Shown one piece after another: positions 29,501 through 37,704 of a stretch of 64,000 bases of DNA. Each line of letters begins with the position of its first letter. Position 1 is the stretch's first letter. The DNA is from an uncultured virus (IMG/VR IMGVR_UViG_3300025769_011517) (taxonomy: Duplodnaviria > Heunggongvirae > Uroviricota > Caudoviricetes). The stretch is from IMG/VR virus record IMGVR_UViG_3300025769_011517; one strand, 5' to 3'. Under the pieces are notes generated by a model. The model made no database searches. It was given only the letters and a program-made list of their open reading frames with translations, and was not told the origin of the DNA. Position numbers and translations under genes: made by a program.

Positions 29501-32500
29501 GACTGTCAGAAAGATTCGTGCTGTTTAGAATGCGTTCTCTATACCGCAACATTTCATTAGTTGAAGCTTCTGCCAGCATAAGTTCGTTTCTCAGCATAGC
29601 TTTCGCACCGGGTATCTTATCAGCATTCATATTATCTTCAAACATTGCGTCTCTAAGTCTCACCCTTACAGCGGCATCGCCCTGCCGAGGCTGATCCACA
29701 AGGTCAGGAGTAACACTACCCAGGTTCCTAAGTCTTCTAGCTTCTACCTCACTCTGAAGTCTATTAATCAAAGCATCTAATTCATCAACATCTCTACCCA
29801 GCGTGTCAAGACCCCAAGCTTTGCTGTTTTGTAAGTGCTCTATGTGTGCTTCCAAAGCTTCATCGGAACGATCCTGCAAATCTCTGTCCAACTGGAAACG
29901 GTTAATGTTTCCACGCCTAGCACGCTCACGGTCCATAGCGTCACTTAAGTAGTCAAAATACCGTTGAACATCATCTTCAGAAAGGCCATTAGCGTCACGC
30001 TGAGCCGCAAAAGCCAATAACGAACCATACTCACGTTCGAAACGCCCAAACTCTTCAGGAGACATATTTTCTAAGTACCCCTGTAATCTCACGCCCGCAG
30101 GATCAGCATCTGCTGCATCAATAACAGCATCAAACCGCTCACGGCTAGTCATTCCTTCCGTAAACTCGAAAGGACCCCCTGAAGGAATGCCGCCTCTGTC
30201 AGCATCAGCACGACGCTGATCAGCAGCACGCAACCGGTCAGCCTGCTCTGCAGCCGCTCTAGACGGAGGACGGCCCGCATTGCCTGCACGCAAACGGGCT
30301 TGCCGGAGTGCACGATCACGAGGACTCATATCATCCAGCATCGCATCATCCATGTTCGCCATGCGTCGTGCCAGATCATCCACATCGCCGTCGTTAATAT
30401 TTAACAAATCAGCATATCTGGCTTTTAATGCTGCTCTTAAGCTAGGATCAACGACTTCGCCAGCGCCGACTCTAGCGTCAAACATGTCTAACAAGTCTCC
30501 AGCAGAATACAAATCAAGATCAGAAAGGAAGCGATCTGGGTCAGCGTCATACCTATTAAGCGCATCATCATAATCAGGATCAACCCGGTTAAATATAATA
30601 TCAACCTCTGGTTCGTCAACTACCCGATTAGCTGAAGGGGCACCATCAACAAGGAACTCAAAGTCTGGATCAATTCGAGAAAGAGCCGCATCTGGGTTAT
30701 CACGCAAATTCATAATACCTTCACGGCGATTTAGGGCAAGATATGGCAGATACTCTTTCAAAACATCTAAATCACGAGCCGCACGAGCAGCAGTATCATT
30801 TGCATCAAAACTTTCTTCTTCACGAACAAACCGTAGACCATCAACCATTTGGTTCAACTCACGGAACGCTTGAAGTCGTAACGTAAGTAGGCGAGCACCG
30901 GCCTGAGGGAAGTCCTCCTCCTCTATCCTCCTACGAACTGCCGCTTCAAGATCAGCAACATTCCAACCATCCTGAAGAGGACCAACCTCATTGAGAATCA
31001 ATTGCAGAACTTCTTGATGCTCACGAACAGCCGCACCCGCCACGTTATCAATCTGCTCAGGAGTCAGATTATCAAGCTCAGGCATGTTTACAGGGTCTCT
31101 CCGGCCCTGAGTATTAAAGCCTGGGTCATTTCTGTATTCCGGCAGACGCTGCGGCCTGTTAGACGCAGACCCAGGAACATTCACACCTAAACGATTCGGG
31201 TCTCTTGTACCATCCTCAAGAGCATTATACTCGGCTCTGATCGCTCGCCAGTTGCGCAGATTGCCAGCGTTTATGTTTTCTCTCGCCATCTCGCCGGTAA
31301 TATTATCCAGACGAACCAAGTCATCATCAGAAATACGTTGAAGATTGAAAGGAAAATCATCGCCAGCCTCAATCAACGCCCTAAGCTCATCATCACTAAA
31401 CCGATCAAGAACATCAGGATCATTCGGATCAGGCGGCTCCGGCGCACCACCGGCACCAGCATTAGGATCAGTAGGATCACTAGGACGAAGACGACGATTA
31501 ACCTCACGGCCACGATCATTCAAATTGCCATCAGCATCATAGTAACCACCAAAACGCCTATCCAACTCAGCAGCATCAGTACCGTTATAATCATCATCAC
31601 GCCAATAAGCACGACCCGGCAAACCATTACGTGGGAACCTATTATTTACATTCCGCAACGAACGGCTATCAGGGTCAGATCGGGACCCCGGATCAAAAGC
31701 AGCCTGCTGCAGTCTACGACGATCACGCTCCGCCGCAAGACGGCCAATAAGTTCCTCAAGGTCTTCTAACCCCTCACGGCCTTCAGCTGCGTAAAGGTCC
31801 GATAGCCGCAGATGAGCATTAAAGAAAACGTCAAGTTCGTCATCACTCAAAGTCTCTAACATGTTTTGAGTCATGCCGCCGCCAGAAACCTTAAAGTCTG
31901 CAGCCCGCTTCTCGAACTCGGCAATAACCGCAAACAAATCAGCGTTTTCGTCTAGATCAAACTTATCCTTAATGTTGTTTTCTTCCGACTCAATACGAGG
32001 ACGCTTACCTGGGCCTTGGAAACGACGATCAAACTCGTTATCCATACGCTTCAGCAACTCTTGCAAGTTTCCGATTTCATCAGCCGGAACCGCATTAGCA
32101 TCTATAGCATCACGGACAGCACGCCGATACTTAATCAAATCATCATCAGAAATAGCATTAAAGAAGTCAAGAGTCATGCCGCCGCCAGCAACCCTGTAAC
32201 GCTCCATATGCGCTTCCATCTCAGCAAGGACCCGTTGATAATCTTCAGGTTTAATCTCTGAGGCAGGCACCTTGTTTAGGCGGTCACGACGATCTCGTTC
32301 ATCCGCTAAGCGGGCAGCAATCTTCATAAACGCATTATCACGCTGCGCTACCTCAGGGAACTGAATAATCGCTTGATCAAATACGTCTTGGAAGAAAGCG
32401 ACTTCGTCGTCATTAAGAAGTTGAATGAATTCTACAGTCATAGCGTCTCTAGCGTTATATTCCTCAGCTAGATCATAAAAATGCTGAATTGCTTCCGCCA

Positions 32501-35500
32501 TGCCCTCTTCAGTTTCAAGATCAAAACGATCTCGCAAGTTAGCATTAACAAGACTACGGCTTCTGTTGCGGCGATCTCTTTCAGCCCGTAAACGCTCCAA
32601 AGCCGCACGAATATCATCAAACTGTGGGTTGTCAGCCATAGCCTCAGCAGCAGTTTCAAACGCATTGATGTATTTATCTAAATCGTCATCATCTAGTGAC
32701 TCAACAAAATCTAGGGTTCTGCCGCCACCAGAAACTCTGTATTCTTCAGCCCGCTCACGGAACTCTTGAAGAATTCGTGCAAACTCGTCCATTATTTTTT
32801 CAGGATCGTCAGCATCATCAGCAGGGGTATAAGTTATTGTCTGAGGATTATACGGGTCAATATTTCTACGGCGAAGCTCAGCGTTGATTTCACGAAGCCT
32901 ACGTCTATCCATTTCTTCGTCACGCTGACCCGGAATGAGAAGCCCCGGGCTACCATGCCGTAATCTGAAGAATTCTCTAACTAGCTCTCCATCAGTCATC
33001 TCCCCAACAGGTTTGGGCTGAAGCGCCTCTGGAATATCATCAGGATCAGGAGTGCGGCCATCAGGAGTACGACCATCAGGAGCACGACTATCAGGACCAT
33101 CACCCGGCACACCCGGCGCTCTAGGACGACGAGGACCGCCACCACCAGGGCCACCCGGCACACCCTCATCACCCGGAACAACATCCCGATCACGACGACC
33201 AGCACGCTCACGCTCAAAGTCTTCATTCCAAAGACCCAAGAAACGCAAAATCAACTCTCTCAAGAAACCAAGAATACCATCCTGCCGACTCCGCTGCTCA
33301 GGAGTACGAGGAGGATTATCAGACAAGCGACCAGCCTCAGTATTCGCAGCCTTCTCAACAGCCTTATACGCCTTACGAATCTCATCCAAATTAGCGTTAG
33401 CCAAATCCTGATCATTCATAACATCACGAAGATTCTTAAGCGCCGCCTCCAAAGCCTCACCCTCAAGCAACTGACGCTCTTCAGGAGTCAAATCAACATC
33501 ACGCTGAGCCTCACCAAGCGTGCGACCCAACTTACCGCCTTCAACACCCTCAGTCTTCTCAAACACCCTACCCAAATCACCAGTAGCAGCATCAAGAGTA
33601 CGAATAGCATCATCAAGCTTCTCCGCCGTCTCAGGCTTCAAATTGCTTCGACCATCACCCGGACTCGTGTCCAACCGGCGACGACGCCGCCTCTCCATAG
33701 CGTCTTCAAGACGAGTACCCAAATCAACAAGGTTATTAACAATCTGACGTGGAAGAGAATAACCACAGTTGCTAGCAAACTGATTAGAGAACCGACCGCC
33801 ATAACGAGTGCCAGGAGGACAACGATATCTACCCAAGTTACCATCAAACACCGCACGGCTACGGCCACCAACAGCACGACCACCACGCCCGATCCGGCGA
33901 CCCAAACCACGACCTCTAGGAGCCTTAAAATCAATCTCAGTCAAAGACGTAAACGCTTCAATCTTACTATTGACAGACATGTGATAGTACTTTGCATCAA
34001 GCACATCAGTAAAGTCAGTAGCAACCGGTGCTGACTTCTGAGAGAAAGCAAACGGTGAACCACTCTTCTCTTCCGCACCTTCCTCAGCAACAATCTCATA
34101 AATCGGAGCATCTTTTGCACGACGTGGCGCAGAACGAGACAAGAACGTTTCATAAACCCAACGAGGCACTGTTTCAGTCTTGCCGCCAGCCGTAGAGACC
34201 TTAATCAAATCGTTCTTGCCCTCAGCGATCGCAAAGCCGGTCTCGGTCACTTCACCAAACTCAACAGTAAACCGGCCATCAGAACCGTCAGCCCACGCAC
34301 GAACAGCAGCAGAAGGATCAGGCAAATCAGCGCTTCGGCTTATGCCAGTAGCAAACGAACGAAGAAGCCCTGCCCGTTCCGCATCAGAAATTTCTCCCCC
34401 AACACGACTGATTTTAACAGCGCCAGCATCAGGGATAGAAACAAACACGTTACGCAAATTCGTGCTAAACGCAGGAACAGTAGAAGCACCAATCTGACCT
34501 GCCTCATATCTTTCAATAAGGCTACCGTCAGCCATGTCATCAAACTCGTTAAGTTTACCAAGCGCTTCAACTGAAACAACAGGTTCTAAAATGACACCAT
34601 CACGGCGAACAACTTTAGTTGGGAAATCTTCTTGCTCATAACGTGTCAACACCAAATCAATAGATGTTTCTGCCCGGGTCGGGCTACCTTTCTTCGGGGC
34701 AGCCGGAATCTGAGCTGCACGAATAATATCTACAGCACTGTCGTTGTTGCGAAGATCACCAATTTCATTAACTAAACCTGCAGTGTTCGCCAAACGAGAA
34801 AGTCTATTGTTTGCCTCGGGGGTGGGCGAACCCGGACCCGAAGTAGCAATCCCCAAAATCTGGGCACCACACGTCGAAAACTCGGAGTTAGTGAACGTAC
34901 CACCCTTCTCAAAGCCTGGAGGACAACGGAACTTATTACGAGCACCACGACCTCTGCTTCGCAGGATACGACCACCACGAGCATTAGGAATATTCGGAAC
35001 GCCAGGAGTCAGCGTTTCATAAATCTGAGAACGGATAGGGCTACGAATATCAGACAAATCGCCCGGAAGAATAATACTGCCCGCAGCCTGCGCAGCCTGA
35101 CCCAAACGGCTAGAAGAACCAAACACACCAACACGCTTAACCTCGTTACCAGCAAACAAAGGCAGCCGCTCCGAATGCTGCAAGAACATCGCAGCCTTCA
35201 TCTCCACAGCATTCTTACGACCAGCAATAGGCTGAACAAGAATACCACCAAACTCACGAGACTCACGAATCGTCATACGCAACGAAGTAACTTCAGTTAA
35301 CGGTGAAATACCAGTCAAAGACTTCTTGCCCGCAGACCGAACACGACGAGTCACCGAACGACCACGACGCTTCCGCTTACCCTTACCTCTACCACGCTTA
35401 CCCTTGCCCTCGTTGGGCCACTTGCCAGTCAACTCGTGGTGAAGCCAAGCACAAATACGCTGAGGCTTACCACCAAACTGCGGCTTATCCATAAGGATAA

Positions 35501-35657
35501 CAACACAACGACGGAAGCCACCCGGCTTCTTCATAATCGGACGCCAATACTTGAGAAGGTCCTCAAGATTGCCACGACGAGGACCACGCCCTCGTGTAAG
35601 GCTGGTCAAAGCATCGGCGTTTGGCCCAATCTCAGGTGCTTTAAACTCAATCGTCAT
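26502..35657 (-). CDS. Giant (3051 aa) polyvalent head-module protein with GNAT-like and C-terminal HipA/PI3K-like kinase domains
   Basis: Two RCPPG..GG.F....CG motifs; helical repeats; GGGF..YRNMGVSKVKVGAVDDGRVVWPRIGF; IFMIK..ELVG..DALLFNSDRHGSNW..PIDMG. Confidence 0.7.
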   Translation of the reverse strand: MTIEFKAPEIGPNADALTSLTRGRGPRRGNLEDLLKYWRPIMKKPGGFRRCVVILMDKPQFGGKPQRICAWLHHELTGKWPNEGKGKRGRGKGKRKRRGRSVTRRVRSAGKKSLTGISPLTEVTSLRMTIRESREFGGILVQPIAGRKNAVEMKAAMFLQHSERLPLFAGNEVKRVGVFGSSSRLGQAAQAAGSIILPGDLSDIRSPIRSQIYETLTPGVPNIPNARGGRILRSRGRGARNKFRCPPGFEKGGTFTNSEFSTCGAQILGIATSGPGSPTPEANNRLSRLANTAGLVNEIGDLRNNDSAVDIIRAAQIPAAPKKGSPTRAETSIDLVLTRYEQEDFPTKVVRRDGVILEPVVSVEALGKLNEFDDMADGSLIERYEAGQIGASTVPAFSTNLRNVFVSIPDAGAVKISRVGGEISDAERAGLLRSFATGISRSADLPDPSAAVRAWADGSDGRFTVEFGEVTETGFAIAEGKNDLIKVSTAGGKTETVPRWVYETFLSRSAPRRAKDAPIYEIVAEEGAEEKSGSPFAFSQKSAPVATDFTDVLDAKYYHMSVNSKIEAFTSLTEIDFKAPRGRGLGRRIGRGGRAVGGRSRAVFDGNLGRYRCPPGTRYGGRFSNQFASNCGYSLPRQIVNNLVDLGTRLEDAMERRRRRRLDTSPGDGRSNLKPETAEKLDDAIRTLDAATGDLGRVFEKTEGVEGGKLGRTLGEAQRDVDLTPEERQLLEGEALEAALKNLRDVMNDQDLANANLDEIRKAYKAVEKAANTEAGRLSDNPPRTPEQRSRQDGILGFLRELILRFLGLWNEDFERERAGRRDRDVVPGDEGVPGGPGGGGPRRPRAPGVPGDGPDSRAPDGRTPDGRTPDPDDIPEALQPKPVGEMTDGELVREFFRLRHGSPGLLIPGQRDEEMDRRRLREINAELRRRNIDPYNPQTITYTPADDADDPEKIMDEFARILQEFRERAEEYRVSGGGRTLDFVESLDDDDLDKYINAFETAAEAMADNPQFDDIRAALERLRAERDRRNRSRSLVNANLRDRFDLETEEGMAEAIQHFYDLAEEYNARDAMTVEFIQLLNDDEVAFFQDVFDQAIIQFPEVAQRDNAFMKIAARLADERDRRDRLNKVPASEIKPEDYQRVLAEMEAHMERYRVAGGGMTLDFFNAISDDDLIKYRRAVRDAIDANAVPADEIGNLQELLKRMDNEFDRRFQGPGKRPRIESEENNIKDKFDLDENADLFAVIAEFEKRAADFKVSGGGMTQNMLETLSDDELDVFFNAHLRLSDLYAAEGREGLEDLEELIGRLAAERDRRRLQQAAFDPGSRSDPDSRSLRNVNNRFPRNGLPGRAYWRDDDYNGTDAAELDRRFGGYYDADGNLNDRGREVNRRLRPSDPTDPNAGAGGAPEPPDPNDPDVLDRFSDDELRALIEAGDDFPFNLQRISDDDLVRLDNITGEMARENINAGNLRNWRAIRAEYNALEDGTRDPNRLGVNVPGSASNRPQRLPEYRNDPGFNTQGRRDPVNMPELDNLTPEQIDNVAGAAVREHQEVLQLILNEVGPLQDGWNVADLEAAVRRRIEEEDFPQAGARLLTLRLQAFRELNQMVDGLRFVREEESFDANDTAARAARDLDVLKEYLPYLALNRREGIMNLRDNPDAALSRIDPDFEFLVDGAPSANRVVDEPEVDIIFNRVDPDYDDALNRYDADPDRFLSDLDLYSAGDLLDMFDARVGAGEVVDPSLRAALKARYADLLNINDGDVDDLARRMANMDDAMLDDMSPRDRALRQARLRAGNAGRPPSRAAAEQADRLRAADQRRADADRGGIPSGGPFEFTEGMTSRERFDAVIDAADADPAGVRLQGYLENMSPEEFGRFEREYGSLLAFAAQRDANGLSEDDVQRYFDYLSDAMDRERARRGNINRFQLDRDLQDRSDEALEAHIEHLQNSKAWGLDTLGRDVDELDALINRLQSEVEARRLRNLGSVTPDLVDQPRQGDAAVRVRLRDAMFEDNMNADKIPGAKAMLRNELMLAEASTNEMLRYRERILNSTNLSDSQKDDLMRSWNRAMRIRGDRSFERNLPLNERSVEAIDRHLEYVQERLDNMDPNIIDENGLLTLREELLDGRAVASARANLGDAVDNKPQLSDRWRKVGRWNFLKARRQRQQKREQKIKDIAERRYGDRETQPWDIGGRDGLSAMTDAQVESRIRDAFLLDTDQPVQVGSVEINGKTYTKQIIPTTDGRGDGVFISRDGPRGDILQIDVQSSMKFQLLDSDGNVVAEETYSENDGGFRLGRMSRTITWDAQGDGKVKHNLLGTSRVIQFEGQDISFAGGGFTEEMFNNNLLFYRNMGVSKVKVGAVDDGRVVWPRIGFRDDNPNHIRNLNEGMVEVLKDYNGYKEAKRTGIEPTLKQRAAKALIQDDVRAERIEAMVEPLLNVDDPVRVLASMDAREINELPDMHDFMLALEGEGIRNSVAFQMFRGGGVYIGRNVGDDPANNIGALDGDMVDQLLADDPELAGLTLPNPFRGTTFSDGTWDITDILSDADGDPRQVTPDLIDPYDRPPEPSIPSIPSVPSGPTPPPRQSDARPNQKLDPNFDRGEQRPLPAVPVGANGIESVDQGAEWMRDGNNDVSGVPDEFLNPVVLAVSDIGEDRLGQYSNEMLEELVEESLDDLPFDVTRLSDNDLQRLVGVVDRLYGQNGSGYRHGQAIRDEQNRVLRRDDREPNARFEMLVPGMGMDDGGGVNNRGNAINGAQLIVDTATGQIFMIKFNDGRSYGRDEDGNELVGRALMIRLGFVQGQMRLDGPANPNAANRDPWDDPAINPARGLMGEALQNYLPEGATDIMIGRRNPGQYDFSNENTLDDATHMMLGDALLFNSDRHGSNWLQYTDRDGNVRLVPIDMGLTLGGRDGEDGTDNDFFGVEYRDPRTGDLVRLSPEEQFAARAANSRGPRLSGDLYSQLAAASASDRAAVAASFDRALERLRAAQSAEDMEKVIGDIVGAHGNLDSDGWKRSQEMFLERYGWLMETDYTGEELMDLVLFGNYRGMPQRQSNVGL

Positions 35658-35826
35658 CCGAATCCCCAGCGGTTTCTAAGGGACTAAAGACATGCTCTAA
35701 TCCATCTCTGTACAGGTATTCTACCTCGTTATCTCTAACGTGGTCGCCAAGAACAGCATATGCTCCTAATTCTGCTAAAGTTTGATTAGCAGCAGCAATC
35801 CTTTGCGTTACTTGGCTAGGCTGCAT
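35647..35826 (-). CDS. Small hypothetical protein, 59 aa (not in ORF track)
   Basis: GGAGG RBS; MQPSQVTQRIAAANQTLAELGAYAVLGDHVRDNEVEYLYRDGLEHVFSPLETAGDSDDD*; overlaps giant gene start. Confidence 0.65.
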   Translation of the reverse strand: MQPSQVTQRIAAANQTLAELGAYAVLGDHVRDNEVEYLYRDGLEHVFSPLETAGDSDDD

Positions 35827-35847
35827 GATACTATGCCTCCTAGAATA

Positions 35848-37674
35848 TCAGATAGAATCGTCTTCCAACAGGCTGTTGAACTCTTCCATCGCCTTAAGAA
35901 TATCTTCGTCTAGCACCTTCTCTTCAGCATCAGCATCAGGGGCTGCAGGAGCAGGCGAGCCGCCGCTAGCAAAATCAGCCGGAATCATATCTTCCAACTT
36001 CAGTTCCTTAGCACGCTTCATAATGTGCGCCTTAGCAGCTTCTTGATCAGCCGCACGACCCACCGCTTGGATAGCGTTGCTTAGGTCAGCCTCATCAGCA
36101 ATCGGGAACGAACCATCAGGCAGAGCCTCACCGGACTCAGCCATCGCCTCACGCTGCTCACGAGAGTACATCCGCTTGATCTCAAGTTCAGCCTCAATAG
36201 CCTTAATCTCTTCCTCTTCAGAAAGCTCATATGAACCCTCAGCGTCATAATCGTACTCATCATAGCCGAGCACCTTGCCATCAGCAGCAACGAACACGTC
36301 GTAGCTCTTCTCTTCAGCATCAAGCTCAACCACGTACACATCTTCATCTGCGAAGATGTCAACAGTAACGCTCATGACCTCAGCCTTGATTCCCATCTCG
36401 CTAATAGCGTCACGTGCCGTAGCCTCAGCATCAGACTTAGAAACAATCTCAATAGCTTCAGCGGACTTGCCTTCAATAGCGCTCTGATCCAAACGCAGCC
36501 AACCAAGCTCCTCGCCGTCGCCGGTCAGGAACACTTCAATAAAGGAACCGTCAGCCCGCTTGACATCGACAACGAATACGTCGTCACCGGCTGAGTAGCC
36601 TGAGCCAATAATTTCAGAACCCTCGTAGGCTGACTTGACCTGACTTTCAATGTCAGCAAGCCCTGGAAGGCCATCTTCAGGAGCACAGCCGCCTGTGCAG
36701 AACTCGCAAGGCTGCTCAACTGACTTGCGCTGGAAACCACAGAGGAACTCTTCTTCTGACTTCATCATGCCACCAGGGGCAGCAGCCGGAGCAGGAGCAG
36801 GAGCAGGAGCAGGCGCAGCCGGAGCGGGGGCAGGGGCCGGAGTAGGAGCCGGTGCCTCAGCAGGCTTGCTAAGCTTCATCCAATCATCGTGGGTTGCACA
36901 AGGCATGTACTTTTCACCTGCACGATGAACGCCCTGGCAACCTAGCGCCGCCGCACGCTCAAGAGCTTCAGCTTCCGAATCAAACATGTCTTCCATGCCG
37001 TCTTCAGCCTTTTCATCCATACCCTGACCCTTACGCATTGCTGTCAACTCAAGGGGGCTGCGACGACGATAGCGCCGACCATAACCCTTGCCGGTGCCCT
37101 CTTCATAAACATCAACAGCCTCAAATGCTTCTTTAGCGTCTTCGTCTAAAACGTCATAGTCTTCTGATGAAACAAGCTCGCCAGCGTCCATCATTTCCTT
37201 GAAACGACTATCGGTAAGGAACATTGAAGGCTTTTCATCATCAGGGGCACGCATCTGCGACATGAGTGCAGCGGCCTTTTCTGAGATAGGATCAGCATCT
37301 GACTTTTCTTCCACGGATTCTTCAACCGCATCTTCAACGACCTCTTCAACAATGTCTTCAGCATCGTCCTCATCATCTTCATCAGACTTAAAACGGAACA
37401 CCCAGCCCATAGGCTCCTTGCTCTTCTCGTCCATGACCTGAACCATCTCATAGCCCTTCTGCTCATCAGCATCAAGAGACATGAAAGCTTCTTCGCTAAG
37501 CAAATCGCCAACTTCCATTGACTCCTTGAAACGAATGTCAGTCATAAACACAGACGGTGCGTTTTTCTTCATATCATGCATAGCCTTCTCTGCGGCAGAC
37601 ATGCTTTCCCCAGAATCGATGACTTCGCTCAAAGCTTCCATCTTCTGAAGGTCTTCATTAAGGTTATCACTCAT
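35848..37674 (-). CDS. Acidic multi-module head protein (internal repeat, GCxGxH..PC module, Cys cluster, PepSY-like domains, LPDGSFPI module)
   Basis: PSVFMTDIRFKE/PSMFLTDSRFKE repeat; CGFQRK..CEFCTGGC; SKSDAEATA..VYVVEL..YDVFVAADGKVL. Confidence 0.65.
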   Translation of the reverse strand: MSDNLNEDLQKMEALSEVIDSGESMSAAEKAMHDMKKNAPSVFMTDIRFKESMEVGDLLSEEAFMSLDADEQKGYEMVQVMDEKSKEPMGWVFRFKSDEDDEDDAEDIVEEVVEDAVEESVEEKSDADPISEKAAALMSQMRAPDDEKPSMFLTDSRFKEMMDAGELVSSEDYDVLDEDAKEAFEAVDVYEEGTGKGYGRRYRRRSPLELTAMRKGQGMDEKAEDGMEDMFDSEAEALERAAALGCQGVHRAGEKYMPCATHDDWMKLSKPAEAPAPTPAPAPAPAAPAPAPAPAPAAAPGGMMKSEEEFLCGFQRKSVEQPCEFCTGGCAPEDGLPGLADIESQVKSAYEGSEIIGSGYSAGDDVFVVDVKRADGSFIEVFLTGDGEELGWLRLDQSAIEGKSAEAIEIVSKSDAEATARDAISEMGIKAEVMSVTVDIFADEDVYVVELDAEEKSYDVFVAADGKVLGYDEYDYDAEGSYELSEEEEIKAIEAELEIKRMYSREQREAMAESGEALPDGSFPIADEADLSNAIQAVGRAADQEAAKAHIMKRAKELKLEDMIPADFASGGSPAPAAPDADAEEKVLDEDILKAMEEFNSLLEDDSI

Positions 37675-37704
37675 TTTTACTCCTGTATCCTTATAGAGAA
37701 TATC

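Noticed and set aside
36770..36860. gcagga-type tandem repeats
   Set aside because: They encode a Pro/Ala linker; low-complexity coding sequence.
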